Source: a virus. From it: a stretch of 64,000 nucleotides of DNA. This document shows, in pieces, positions 10,160-18,929 of this stretch; the stretch's first letter is position 1, and every line of letters starts with the position of its first letter. Location of the stretch: positions 69,498-133,497 of IMG/VR virus record IMGVR_UViG_3300046787_000390. The stretch is one strand, 5' to 3'. Below the pieces are notes generated by a model that worked only from the letters and a program-made list of their open reading frames with translations, did not search any database and had not been told where the DNA came from. Both the position numbers and the translations under genes were made by a program.

Positions 10160-10792
10160 CACGTAGTCATTCTTAACTGACGTTAAGATCTTTGCGCCCC
10201 AACTTACTAATGTATCTAGAGCTTGCGCAGTGTCAGTATGTCCCACGTCCTTGTGCTTTTTGTGTTCTACAACCATGATAGGTTTATACTTTAAGATTGT
10301 TTCTTTAGCGCCACGCAGGATAGTATTTTCGTAACCTTCACAGTCAATCTTGATGTAATTAATTTGTGGTAAATTCAACCCGTCTAATCTATACATTGGG
10401 ATAGAGCCTGCGCCAATACTTGAAGTATCAACGTGACTGTGTCCTGTATTTTCAGCAGTGATAATCATGTTAATTTGCGTATCACTTTCTCCTAATGCAC
10501 AAGCACGAACTTCAAAGTTAGATGCAACTACATTTTTAAGCAAACAATCTCTAAAGTCTGCAACTGGTTCAAACGCAATCACTTGATCAAATGATTCGCA
10601 TAGATCCTTGCTCCAGAGCCCAACGTTGGCGCCAATATCTAGTGCAAGTCCTTTACGATCGCAAAGCCCTATGCTAATTTTACGAACAGGTTCTTGATAA
10701 ACTGGGCCACCGCCCTTTTTAATATTCTTTTCTAACATTCCTGCGAAATGTGTGTCTTGGTCCGGGAACCACCATCCATGTGCTTGATACAT
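10148..10792 (-). CDS. FkbM-family methyltransferase
   Basis: ALDIGANVG, AFEP, IKIDCEGYE. Confidence 0.9.
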   Translation of the reverse strand: MYQAHGWWFPDQDTHFAGMLEKNIKKGGGPVYQEPVRKISIGLCDRKGLALDIGANVGLWSKDLCESFDQVIAFEPVADFRDCLLKNVVASNFEVRACALGESDTQINMIITAENTGHSHVDTSSIGAGSIPMYRLDGLNLPQINYIKIDCEGYENTILRGAKETILKYKPIMVVEHKKHKDVGHTDTAQALDTLVSWGAKILTSVKNDYVLGW

Positions 10793-11616
10793 TATTTGCG
10801 TCCTTTGCTTAATACTTTTTGCCAGTACGGGTGGTCTTGATGTAGAACAACTTCTTTTGGCTTTGAATGACCTTGCACTTTGCGATCACCTTTAACATGA
10901 TCCATATACTTGCCTAACTCTGAATTAATAAACGGATGCCCTGCAAGTCCTTTGTCTTCCCAGCTAGGATTTAAGTTATGGAACTTGCATCGGCTTTGAA
11001 TTTGTTTTCTTAACACATCAAAAATATAGCTATCGTGCCATTCACGTTCTTGAAAAATTGCATCGTTGTTATACATGTTTACAAAGTCACGAATGAACTG
11101 TCTACATTCAGGCGAATCTAAATTGTAAGCGACCCAGCCGCACTCTGAATGATATTTTTCTCCACGGCCTAAAAAGCTGACCATAGTGTTTGAAGGACAA
11201 ACTGTGCCTAGTGCTTGCATGGTCACTGGGGTATGTGTAACTGAATCGGCATCAATCCATATCATCCATCCAGAATCAATCATGTCTGCTGCTACAGACT
11301 TAGCAAATACTTTGTAGCAAAAACGAACAGCGTCCCAGCGGAATTGCTTTTTAGGATTAAACACATCGGGTGGTCCTGCCTTGCCGTGCGCGAGAGGATT
11401 GTCCTTGTGGCGCTCAACAAATGCTCGAAGATCTGGGCTAGCAGCTAATATATCAACAACCTTTGTGTTTGGTCTTGTGGTTCGGGGTGTGCAGTTTTCT
11501 GCTAGCACAATTAAGTCGACTTCTGCTGGCCAGAATTGCTCGAATGTGTCAATCATGCGTTGGCCATATTGTTCTAACCCGGCCTGGTGAAATGTGGTAA
11601 TTACTGTATATTTCAT
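10792..11616 (-). CDS. GT-A nucleotide-diphospho-sugar transferase
   Basis: RFCYKVFA, WIDAD (DxD), ECGW, EWHDSYIFD, DHVKG. Confidence 0.75.
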   Translation of the reverse strand: MKYTVITTFHQAGLEQYGQRMIDTFEQFWPAEVDLIVLAENCTPRTTRPNTKVVDILAASPDLRAFVERHKDNPLAHGKAGPPDVFNPKKQFRWDAVRFCYKVFAKSVAADMIDSGWMIWIDADSVTHTPVTMQALGTVCPSNTMVSFLGRGEKYHSECGWVAYNLDSPECRQFIRDFVNMYNNDAIFQEREWHDSYIFDVLRKQIQSRCKFHNLNPSWEDKGLAGHPFINSELGKYMDHVKGDRKVQGHSKPKEVVLHQDHPYWQKVLSKGRK

Positions 11617-11631
11617 GTGAGATATTTAGTA

Positions 11632-12429
11632 ATGAAAACAGTGACCTATTTTCCTTTGCAGTGTGCCCTAAACTCAGGGCCTGTTATTTCTGCGGTTATG
11701 GAATCCTTGCAACACGCCGGATTCCAAATTGAGACCAGCAGTTACGATGCCGATGTGGCGGTAATCTGGTCAGTGCTTTGGAATGGTCGCATGATTGCCA
11801 ATCGAGATGTATATCAGTATTACCGCAGCAAAGGACGTCCTGTTGTGTGTATCGAAGTTGGTGCGCTAGATCGAGGACGTACCTGGAAGCTAGCACTCAA
11901 TCATGTTAACGCATTGGGTTACTATGGGCATCAAACTAATTTAGATTTTGATCGTCCCAAAAAATTAGGAATTTCGTTAAAAACTAACTCACTTGGGCAC
12001 AATAGGATTCTTGTAGCAGGGCAACACAATCGTAGTTTGCAACTGGAAGGAGTGGATCAAGAAGCCTGGTATGTGCAAAAAATAAATGAAGTTGCTGCTG
12101 GCAAACAAGTTGTAGTAAGACCACATCCTAGGTGCCCGATGGACCGTACCCGTTTTCCAAAAAATGTTGTATGGGAACAACCACGTAAGCTAGCAGACAC
12201 ATATGATAGCTTTGATATGCACTGGGACTTTGATGCAGTCATAAATTATAATTCAGGGCCGGGAATACAAGCAACAATTGCAGGTGTGCTAGCAGTTGTC
12301 GACACTTCTAGCTTGGCATACAATGTAGTAGATAGAGAGCAGTGGTTAATTGAAATATGCCACACTGAATACACACTAGAAGAAATAGGACAAGGAACAT
12401 GGGTAAGAAGGATAGGCTTAGAGCCTTAG
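11632..12429 (+). CDS. KpsS/KpsC-like GT-B glycosyltransferase paralog 6
   Basis: IEVGAL, ILVAGQ, VVRPHP, NYNSGPGIQATIAGV, REQWL..ICHTEYT. Confidence 0.6.
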   Translation: MKTVTYFPLQCALNSGPVISAVMESLQHAGFQIETSSYDADVAVIWSVLWNGRMIANRDVYQYYRSKGRPVVCIEVGALDRGRTWKLALNHVNALGYYGHQTNLDFDRPKKLGISLKTNSLGHNRILVAGQHNRSLQLEGVDQEAWYVQKINEVAAGKQVVVRPHPRCPMDRTRFPKNVVWEQPRKLADTYDSFDMHWDFDAVINYNSGPGIQATIAGVLAVVDTSSLAYNVVDREQWLIEICHTEYTLEEIGQGTWVRRIGLEP

Positions 12430-13160
12430 CAGAAGCAGCCGGGCAACCGCCGCAAGGTCCGGTTCAGTGTGCTTGTTTAATACACGGCACTGCCTACTCA
12501 TGGGATTACGTAGATCGCTTGTATAACATGCTGAGTCGTAATCTATCCCGTGGTATACAATTGCATGTTTATACAGAACCAGACAGAAAAGTTCCTGCTC
12601 ATATGGTCAAGCATGAATTAAAGGACCTTGGCGTATCGGGACCTAAAAAGGCCTGGTGGTACAAATTGCAACTGTTTAATCACAAGCATTATCAAGGCCC
12701 GTTGCTGTATCTTGACTTAGACACAGTAATTACTGATAATATAGATTGGATTACACATCAGCCGTTGGAATATTTCTGGGCACCTCGGGATTTTAAACGA
12801 CTTTGGCGCCCTAACCATACTGGTATTAATAGTAGTGTAATGTGGTGGGACACATCAAAATTCAATGACGTATGGCAAACATTCCGCAATCAAGAGTTTC
12901 CATTGCTACAACGCAGGTACCCGGGCGACCAGGACTTTTTAAGTGATGTAATAACACAAGATAGGCGTAGATTTCTCGACGAACGTTTGATACGTAGTTG
13001 GAAATGGGAATGTTTAGATGGCGGCTGGGACTTTAAACACAGAAAACATTACGAACCCGATACAGGGACACGACTTGGCGGTGCAGGAGTCCTTGTTTTT
13101 CACGGTAAACCAAACCCATGTCAAGTACAAGATCCAGTGATTTTACAGCATTGGAAATAA
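12399..13160 (+). CDS. GT-A glycosyltransferase (GT8-like)
   Basis: WWYKLQLF, YLDLD, NSSVMWW, GDQDF, VFHGKPNP. Confidence 0.85.
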   Translation: MGKKDRLRALAEAAGQPPQGPVQCACLIHGTAYSWDYVDRLYNMLSRNLSRGIQLHVYTEPDRKVPAHMVKHELKDLGVSGPKKAWWYKLQLFNHKHYQGPLLYLDLDTVITDNIDWITHQPLEYFWAPRDFKRLWRPNHTGINSSVMWWDTSKFNDVWQTFRNQEFPLLQRRYPGDQDFLSDVITQDRRRFLDERLIRSWKWECLDGGWDFKHRKHYEPDTGTRLGGAGVLVFHGKPNPCQVQDPVILQHWK

Positions 13161-13201
13161 TTTTATAGGCATAAATATCTTTAATCGGAGATTACACATA
13201 T

Positions 13202-13666
13202 ATGACTACTAGAACATTTAAACAGAATGGCATTGCATTTGGGCCAACACCTGTAAATATTACTGCAAAAATTGATAATGTTGTAGTATATGAAGGCACA
13301 GTTGAGACTTTGGATGAGTCTTTGCCAGTCTTGCCAAACCCAGCGTATACTGTAACTAATACACTATTTTCGTGGACTACTGACGTGGCATTTTCAGGTA
13401 ATGCTGTTCTTGAAATAACAACAGACGGCAATGTGTTACTAGCCTCTACTTCTTCGAATTATACTCCGTTTACAGAAAACGGAAATATTTATTCATCGGG
13501 CGCAAATAATTTTATTGCATTTACCTCTGGACAGTTTGGTAATACTTACATCAATGATTCACTGCAAACAGTTTCCCATGGCGACCTACCGGGCATGTGG
13601 TGGTGGCAATTACAACCTAGCGATACCTTTGTAGAAAATATAACAATAAATCCTGGGCTTGAATAA
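13202..13666 (+). CDS. Thr/Asn-rich hypothetical protein, probably virion-associated
   Basis: TAAATA at 13172, GGAG RBS, beta-rich composition, followed by a terminator. Confidence 0.55.
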   Translation: MTTRTFKQNGIAFGPTPVNITAKIDNVVVYEGTVETLDESLPVLPNPAYTVTNTLFSWTTDVAFSGNAVLEITTDGNVLLASTSSNYTPFTENGNIYSSGANNFIAFTSGQFGNTYINDSLQTVSHGDLPGMWWWQLQPSDTFVENITINPGLE

Positions 13667-13681
13667 AAGTTTATTTTAAAT

Positions 13682-13706
13682 AACCCTGCTAACAGCAGGG
13701 TTTTTG
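13682..13706 (+). terminator. Rho-independent terminator
   Basis: AACCCTGCT-AAC-AGCAGGGTT plus T tract. Confidence 0.85.
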
Positions 13707-13707
13707 T

Positions 13708-13736
13708 TTGACCAAATATTACAATTTGAGTATAAT
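13708..13736 (+). promoter_or_regulatory. Early sigma70 promoter (TTGACC-N17-TATAAT)
   Basis: Consensus hexamers with exact spacing. Confidence 0.85.
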
Positions 13737-13743
13737 ACAGGTT

Positions 13744-13905
13744 ATGAAAAAAGAACTACTATCTTTCACAGTTAAACAGCCTAAGCACCGGGCTCATCGT
13801 GTTCTTTTCTGCGAGGATACACCCTTTAAGCCCAAAGTAGTAGAGAGCAAAAAGGGTGTTTACAAGCGCCGCGACAAGCACCAAAAACCCTACACAGAAA
13901 AGTAA
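13744..13905 (+). CDS. ArfA-like alternative ribosome-rescue factor (53 aa)
   Basis: LF..TPFKPKVVESKKGVYKRRDKH resembles the ArfA core [24 protein letters not shown]. Confidence 0.55.
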   Translation: MKKELLSFTVKQPKHRAHRVLFCEDTPFKPKVVESKKGVYKRRDKHQKPYTEK

Positions 13906-13919
13906 TACTTTTGTAACAC

Positions 13920-13948
13920 TTGACCAAAAATTCCCGATTTGCTATAAT
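13920..13948 (+). promoter_or_regulatory. Early promoter repeat copy
   Basis: TTGACC-N17-(TG)CTATAAT. Confidence 0.85.
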
Positions 13949-13975
13949 AATGGCATAGTAAGCAAAAAGGGAAAC

Positions 13976-14125
13976 ATGAAATACACTCTGATTACACGTA
14001 ACGGTAAAGTATTAACTTTTTTCTTGAAGGTAGTAGCAGAGCAGTTTCAAACAGCATACGGCGGTGTTGTAATCACGCAACAAGTGCTAGAAACACAAGA
14101 AACCGCAGAAACGGTTGACCAATAA
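13976..14125 (+). CDS. Small early protein (49 aa)
   Basis: RBS AAAAGGGA after the promoter; its last codons overlap the next promoter. Confidence 0.65.
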   Translation: MKYTLITRNGKVLTFFLKVVAEQFQTAYGGVVITQQVLETQETAETVDQ

Positions 14126-14167
14126 TGCCCAATTTGCTATAATATACACATACAGAAACAAAAAGGA
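14109..14167 (+). promoter_or_regulatory. Early promoter repeat copy with RBS
   Basis: AAACGGTTGACC-N17-TATAATATACACATA...AAAAAGG. Confidence 0.9.
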
Positions 14168-14173
14168 ATACAG

Positions 14174-14422
14174 ATGGACGCTATCCAGAAAACAGCAATC
14201 AAAGAAACAGCAAAAGTAGTTGGTGCTATTACCGGCCTGGTAATTGTAGTATCGGTAGTTATTTCCTTGCTTTCATTGGGCGCTATCGCTGGTATCGTTA
14301 TGGTGTATTGCTTGTTCATGGGCGTCAAGATGATCTACGATGCTAACCTTGCCCAAGCGAAAGCAGACGCCTATACCAAACAAGCAGAAATCGACGCAGA
14401 AATTGATCGTTTGCACAAGTAA
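14174..14422 (+). CDS. Small two-TM membrane protein
   Basis: Hydrophobic segments; own promoter and RBS. Confidence 0.7.
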   Translation: MDAIQKTAIKETAKVVGAITGLVIVVSVVISLLSLGAIAGIVMVYCLFMGVKMIYDANLAQAKADAYTKQAEIDAEIDRLHK

Positions 14423-14465
14423 AACGGTTGACCAATAATTGCCCTTTTGCTATAATATACACATA
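14421..14465 (+). promoter_or_regulatory. Early promoter repeat copy
   Basis: AAAACGGTTGACC-N17-TATAATATACACATA immediately after a stop codon. Confidence 0.9.
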
Positions 14466-14501
14466 ACAACAAAACATCAACAACAACTTTTTGGAGCTAA
14501 A

Positions 14502-15524
14502 ATGAGTTCAGTTCGTATTGTGCGTGGCGAGTATCGCAACAAAGTTATTTCTAATCAAGTGTTTGCTCTTGTGTCAGGCTTTCAAACAGGTGCCAAAGGT
14601 AACTTCGTTACTGTCGAAAACAATGGTGCCTTTCCTAACTGTCCTGATTCGATTCGTGTGCGTGTTGACAGCATCGACGATGTAGAGTATACTACAGCAA
14701 TGGCACATGACAATGTAATTAAACTTGAGCAACCAGCTCGTACCCAAGAAACAGACGAAGATGCAATGTCGCGTATTCGTGAGCGTTTTGAAATCCTGCA
14801 TGAAATGACAAAAGCCACTGTGGCTGGCGACATTCGTGCTATGATTGTGTCAGGCCCCCCGGGTGTTGGCAAATCGTTTGGTGTGGAGAAAGAAATTGAC
14901 AAAGCAACTATGTTTGATAAGCTCGCCGGGAAACGCCTTCGTGCTGAAGTTGTCAAAGGCAGTGCAACACCTATCGGTCTTTATCAAACTCTCTACAAAT
15001 ACTCAGATACAAATTGTGTGGTGGTGTTCGACGATTGCGACTCTATTTTACTCGACGACGTATCGCTTAACTTACTCAAAGGGGCGTTGGATTCCGGCAA
15101 GAAGCGTAAAATCTCCTGGTTGTCAGAGTCCAGCACACTGCGCCGTGAAGGCATTCCTGACAGCTTTGAGTTCAAAGGTTCCGTCATCTTTATCACCAAC
15201 TTGAAGTTTGATGGCATGAAGAGCCAAAAGTTGCGTGATCACTTGGATGCACTGCAATCTCGTTGTCACTATCTTGACTTGACTCTTAACACCATGCGCG
15301 ATCGTTTGTTGCGTATCCGTCAAATTGCCGCAGACGGCGAGTTGTTTGCAGACTACGATTTTGACAAGTGTGTGCAAGACGAGATTATCGAGTTTATGGA
15401 CACCAACAAAGATCGCTTGCGTGAAGTATCATTGCGTATGGCAATCAAGATTGCAGACTTGCGCAAGATGTCAGTTACTAACTGGAAGCGTTTGACAGAA
15501 ACTACTTGTATGAAGGCAGCTTAA
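14502..15524 (+). CDS. AAA+/P-loop ATPase
   Basis: Walker A GPPGVGKS, Walker B VVVFDDCD, sensor-1 IFITN, Arg finger ALQSRC; GGAG RBS. Confidence 0.85.
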   Translation: MSSVRIVRGEYRNKVISNQVFALVSGFQTGAKGNFVTVENNGAFPNCPDSIRVRVDSIDDVEYTTAMAHDNVIKLEQPARTQETDEDAMSRIRERFEILHEMTKATVAGDIRAMIVSGPPGVGKSFGVEKEIDKATMFDKLAGKRLRAEVVKGSATPIGLYQTLYKYSDTNCVVVFDDCDSILLDDVSLNLLKGALDSGKKRKISWLSESSTLRREGIPDSFEFKGSVIFITNLKFDGMKSQKLRDHLDALQSRCHYLDLTLNTMRDRLLRIRQIAADGELFADYDFDKCVQDEIIEFMDTNKDRLREVSLRMAIKIADLRKMSVTNWKRLTETTCMKAA

Positions 15525-15525
15525 T

Positions 15526-15744
15526 ATGGAAAAACTTATCGCAATTGTTAGTGCTATTGCACTTGCACTAGCAGGTGTTATGTTCATCAGCTTCTTGATG
15601 TCATGGCCAGTGATGATGTTGTGGAATGAATGCTTGGTAGGCGCAGTAGCAGGTGTTAACAAAGTTACTTGGTTGCAAGCATGGGGCATTTCAATCCTAA
15701 CAGGTATCTTGTTCAAAGAAACTTCTGTAAAGTTTAGCAAATAA
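15526..15744 (+). CDS. Small membrane protein
   Basis: Hydrophobic; LWN...ITWLQAWG-type motif. Confidence 0.7.
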   Translation: MEKLIAIVSAIALALAGVMFISFLMSWPVMMLWNECLVGAVAGVNKVTWLQAWGISILTGILFKETSVKFSK

Positions 15745-15753
15745 GGAAACGCT

Positions 15754-15870
15754 ATGTTTGAAATTTGGGAAGGCGACTTGTATTTGTATAGTGTGGACAC
15801 ACGTTACGAGGCCGATGAACAAGAGGAAGCCGGCTTTACTGTAAAATCTCTGGAGTACTACGGTGCGTGA
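15754..15870 (+). CDS. Small protein (38 aa)
   Basis: Read by hand; AAGGA RBS; MFEIWEGDLYLYSVD... Confidence 0.6.
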   Translation: MFEIWEGDLYLYSVDTRYEADEQEEAGFTVKSLEYYGA

Positions 15871-16021
15871 ACTAGTTATTACACGAATCCAAGAGTGTGC
15901 TTGTGGCGAGCCTGTAATCGAGGATGCTAATGGCGACGAGCATGTGGTATCAGAACTGGACTTGATGAGCGACGAAGACTTACTGATCTTGTTTGAAGAA
16001 TTAATTGGCTTTAACGGATAA
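15863..16021 (+). CDS. Small acidic protein (52 aa, GTG start)
   Basis: Read by hand; GGAG RBS; fills a gap in the operon. Confidence 0.55.
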   Translation: MRELVITRIQECACGEPVIEDANGDEHVVSELDLMSDEDLLILFEELIGFNG

Positions 16022-16025
16022 CAAC

Positions 16026-16175
16026 ATGGACAAATATGAACAAATAAAAAAGCTGGCTCAAGCGGCCATGCTGATTCAAGAAGTAATCAATTCAGGCGAT
16101 TGCCCGTATACTTTCGAGCTTGAAGAGATCAACGAAACGATTGCTGATTTAGCAGACGAAATCGAGGAAGCATAA
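16026..16175 (+). CDS. Small acidic helical protein (49 aa)
   Basis: Read by hand; MDKYEQIKKLAQAAML... Confidence 0.6.
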   Translation: MDKYEQIKKLAQAAMLIQEVINSGDCPYTFELEEINETIADLADEIEEA

Positions 16176-16230
16176 CCCCGCAGTGTGCGTAGGGGCAATG
16201 TCAATAAGACCTCTCCGATAAGGAAATATT

Positions 16231-16335
16231 ATGGGCTCAGATAAAGCATTTTTCGGAACTATCCTTGCATTGTTTGCATTGATGACAGGTAACCCAGGTA
16301 CTGCCTTGATTATTTTTATTATTGCGGTGATGTAA
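16231..16335 (+). CDS. Hydrophobic peptide (34 aa)
   Basis: AAGGA RBS; MGSDKAFFGTILALFALMTGNPGTALIIFIIAVM. Confidence 0.6.
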   Translation: MGSDKAFFGTILALFALMTGNPGTALIIFIIAVM

Positions 16336-16478
16336 TGATACTGATTAATATTTTCTTTGCGTGGTGGATGTGGGACGTAGCATCGACTCATTTTGAAAAA
16401 GGCAACAACACATTAGGATGGGTCGGTATTGCACTTAGCGCAGCAAACGCAGCAACAGCACTTGCTCATTTGATTTAG
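16335..16478 (+). CDS. Hydrophobic peptide (47 aa)
   Basis: TAATG coupling; MILINIFFAWWMWD... Confidence 0.55.
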   Translation: MILINIFFAWWMWDVASTHFEKGNNTLGWVGIALSAANAATALAHLI

Positions 16479-16511
16479 TTAGCTCCTGGATCGTGAAAAC
16501 GGTTCATTTAC

Positions 16512-16538
16512 AACAGGCTCTTCGGGGCCTGTTTTTTT
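16512..16538 (+). terminator. Rho-independent terminator
   Basis: AACAGGCTC-TTCG-GGGCCTGTT plus T tract (UUCG tetraloop). Confidence 0.9.
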
Positions 16539-16565
16539 GACTTTATGCAGCGATAAGTATATACT
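16537..16565 (+). promoter_or_regulatory. sigma70 promoter TTGACT-N17-TATACT with nested TAAGTA
   Basis: Exact spacing; ATG follows 6 nt after the -10. Confidence 0.7.
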
Positions 16566-16571
16566 ACTACG

Positions 16572-17426
16572 ATGCTTTCTATTACTTTAGGAACCGCAAA
16601 TCCTTTAACACTACAATTCCAAATACGAAATACACCTGTTGCAGCCTTATGGCGAGACCGTATGCAAAACAGGAACTCCTGGCCACTTGATCATCCGGAT
16701 CGATTTTACGGTTTTAACACACTTGAGCAAGAACAACTCCGAGCACAGGAATTCGTTCAGCAATGCATTGATACAATAAACAGTCACAGGCCGTTAATTA
16801 ATAGGCCATTTGATTGGACACAAGATTGTTTAAATTATTTGCACAACATATTTGAAATACATCACGGGTTATTAGATCAGCAAACATCAGAATACTGGCT
16901 AACTGCCGACGATACTGCCAGGCGTGCAATAGGGGAATTAAACATAGCAGTACATCGATGCGAAACTGCAATGCGAAACCCAGCGCCGCGAGTTGTTTGT
17001 ACCTGGTACGGTATGCCTAAAACACACAGGCTATCTGAAGAATTGCAAAGCACGTATGGCACTTGGCAAATTAACTTTGGTACAGTTTATTTGAACTATT
17101 GCGAGATAGGAAAAACTGTTGAGGATTTAGAACACGACAATGACAAGTATATTGCAGACGAAGCGTTTCAACCGTTTAGTCACTACAGCGCAGACTTCAA
17201 TATTCAATTTCACGATCGGAACCTAAGTGAGAAATACGGAAGAATACAACGCTACATTGATCAACACCGAGAGTTTTTCCTTGCAAAAAATATCACTAGT
17301 GTGTATAATGTAAAGGCACGGCCCTTGAGATTTCCAGTAGCGGATTTAATTTACACAGGCGCCAAAGAAGATCTATTAGTAGAAATTGCAAAACGACAAT
17401 GGATTAGCCAGATAGAAATAGAATGA
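16572..17426 (+). CDS. Hypothetical protein
   Basis: 284-aa ORF with LNYLH..FE..HG and N...HRCE His-rich motifs. Confidence 0.7.
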   Translation: MLSITLGTANPLTLQFQIRNTPVAALWRDRMQNRNSWPLDHPDRFYGFNTLEQEQLRAQEFVQQCIDTINSHRPLINRPFDWTQDCLNYLHNIFEIHHGLLDQQTSEYWLTADDTARRAIGELNIAVHRCETAMRNPAPRVVCTWYGMPKTHRLSEELQSTYGTWQINFGTVYLNYCEIGKTVEDLEHDNDKYIADEAFQPFSHYSADFNIQFHDRNLSEKYGRIQRYIDQHREFFLAKNITSVYNVKARPLRFPVADLIYTGAKEDLLVEIAKRQWISQIEIE

Positions 17427-18892
17427 AAACAGCATCAATTATAATCAAAGACGAAGTTAACATCAAAATCGAAGGATTAGAGTTAGACGTTCGCAAGGCA
17501 CTAGTTAATGCCTTTAAGTATGAGAACCCCGCAGCACGTTATATGCCAGCAGTTCGACTTGGACGTTGGGACGGCAAGGTAGCATACTTCCAACTTGGTG
17601 GTAGCACTTATACAAACTTGCTGCCAGAGATTGTGCCCATACTGGAAAAATTCAATTACGACATTGAACTAGATGATCAGCGCACTTACTCAAACACATT
17701 CCAGTTTGATACAATGCTGGAAGATACATTCTCTACAATTACATGGCCCAAGGGTCACCCAATGGTAGGACAACCAATTGGGTTACGTGATTATCAAGTT
17801 GAGATCGTTAATAACTTTCTAGCAAATCCACAGTGTATCCAGGAAGTTGCTACAGGTGCAGGCAAAACAATTATGACTGCATCGCTTAGTTGGAACGTTC
17901 AGAAATATGGGCGAAGCATTGTTATTGTTCCAAACAAGAGTCTAGTTACACAAACAGAAAAAGACTACATTAACTTGGGACTAGATGTTGGTGTATACTT
18001 TGGTGATCGCAAGGATTACAACAAGACACATACAATTTGCACTTGGCAGAGTCTAAACAATCTGCTCAAAGAAACTAATTCGGGCACTGCTCACTTTACA
18101 ATACAAGACTTTTTAGAAGATGTTGTGTGCGTGATAGTAGACGAAGTGCATATGGCCAAGGCAGAGGCACTTAAAACTCTGCTCACAGGTGTTATGGCAC
18201 ATATTCCTATTCGCTGGGGACTAACAGGCACAGTGCCTAAAGAAAAGTTTGAAAGCCAGGCATTGCTAGTGAGCCTGGGCCCAGTCATTGGTAAGCTGTC
18301 AGCTAACGAATTGCAACAGCAAGGTGTGCTAGCACAATGTCATGTAAACATTGTGCAACTAGTGGACCACGTAGAATACAAAGACTATCAAAGCGAACTA
18401 AAATACTTGCTTGAAGAGTCAGGGCGATTAGATACAATGGCAGATCTTGTGAACAAAGTTAACGAAACAGGTAACACTCTGGTGCTAGTTGATCGTACCG
18501 AGTGCGGCAGACAGCTAGTGGCACGTCTTGGCGAACGAGCAGTATTTGTATCAGGTGCAACTAAAGGAACAAAGAGACAGGAAGAATATGATGCAGTGGC
18601 TGATGCAACGGACAAAATTATTGTGGCCACCTACGGCGTGGCTGCGGTTGGTATTAACATTCCTAGAATTTTTAACTTGGTGCTCATTGAGCCTGGTAAA
18701 AGTTTCGTTAGGGTTATCCAATCGATTGGTCGTGGCATCCGCAAAGCTGAGGATAAGGATCATGTTGAGATCTGGGACGTTACCTCAACGTGTAAGTTTG
18801 CAAAACGACACTTGACCAAGCGCAAGGCATTTTATAAAGAAGCTAACTATCCTTTCTCGGCAGAAAAGCTAGAATGGATGAAAATTAAATAA
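17423..18892 (+). CDS. uvsW: UvsW-like SF2 helicase
   Basis: WDGK, LRDYQ, ATGAGKT, DEVH, GLTGT, QSIGRGIR. Confidence 0.92.
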   Translation: MKTASIIIKDEVNIKIEGLELDVRKALVNAFKYENPAARYMPAVRLGRWDGKVAYFQLGGSTYTNLLPEIVPILEKFNYDIELDDQRTYSNTFQFDTMLEDTFSTITWPKGHPMVGQPIGLRDYQVEIVNNFLANPQCIQEVATGAGKTIMTASLSWNVQKYGRSIVIVPNKSLVTQTEKDYINLGLDVGVYFGDRKDYNKTHTICTWQSLNNLLKETNSGTAHFTIQDFLEDVVCVIVDEVHMAKAEALKTLLTGVMAHIPIRWGLTGTVPKEKFESQALLVSLGPVIGKLSANELQQQGVLAQCHVNIVQLVDHVEYKDYQSELKYLLEESGRLDTMADLVNKVNETGNTLVLVDRTECGRQLVARLGERAVFVSGATKGTKRQEEYDAVADATDKIIVATYGVAAVGINIPRIFNLVLIEPGKSFVRVIQSIGRGIRKAEDKDHVEIWDVTSTCKFAKRHLTKRKAFYKEANYPFSAEKLEWMKIK

Positions 18893-18894
18893 AT

Positions 18895-18923
18895 TTGACT
18901 TTCAGACTCAAATATAGTAAACT
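18895..18923 (+). promoter_or_regulatory. sigma70 promoter TTGACT-N17-TAAACT
   Basis: Exact spacing; ATG 6 nt downstream. Confidence 0.65.
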
Positions 18924-18929
18924 ACTAAC

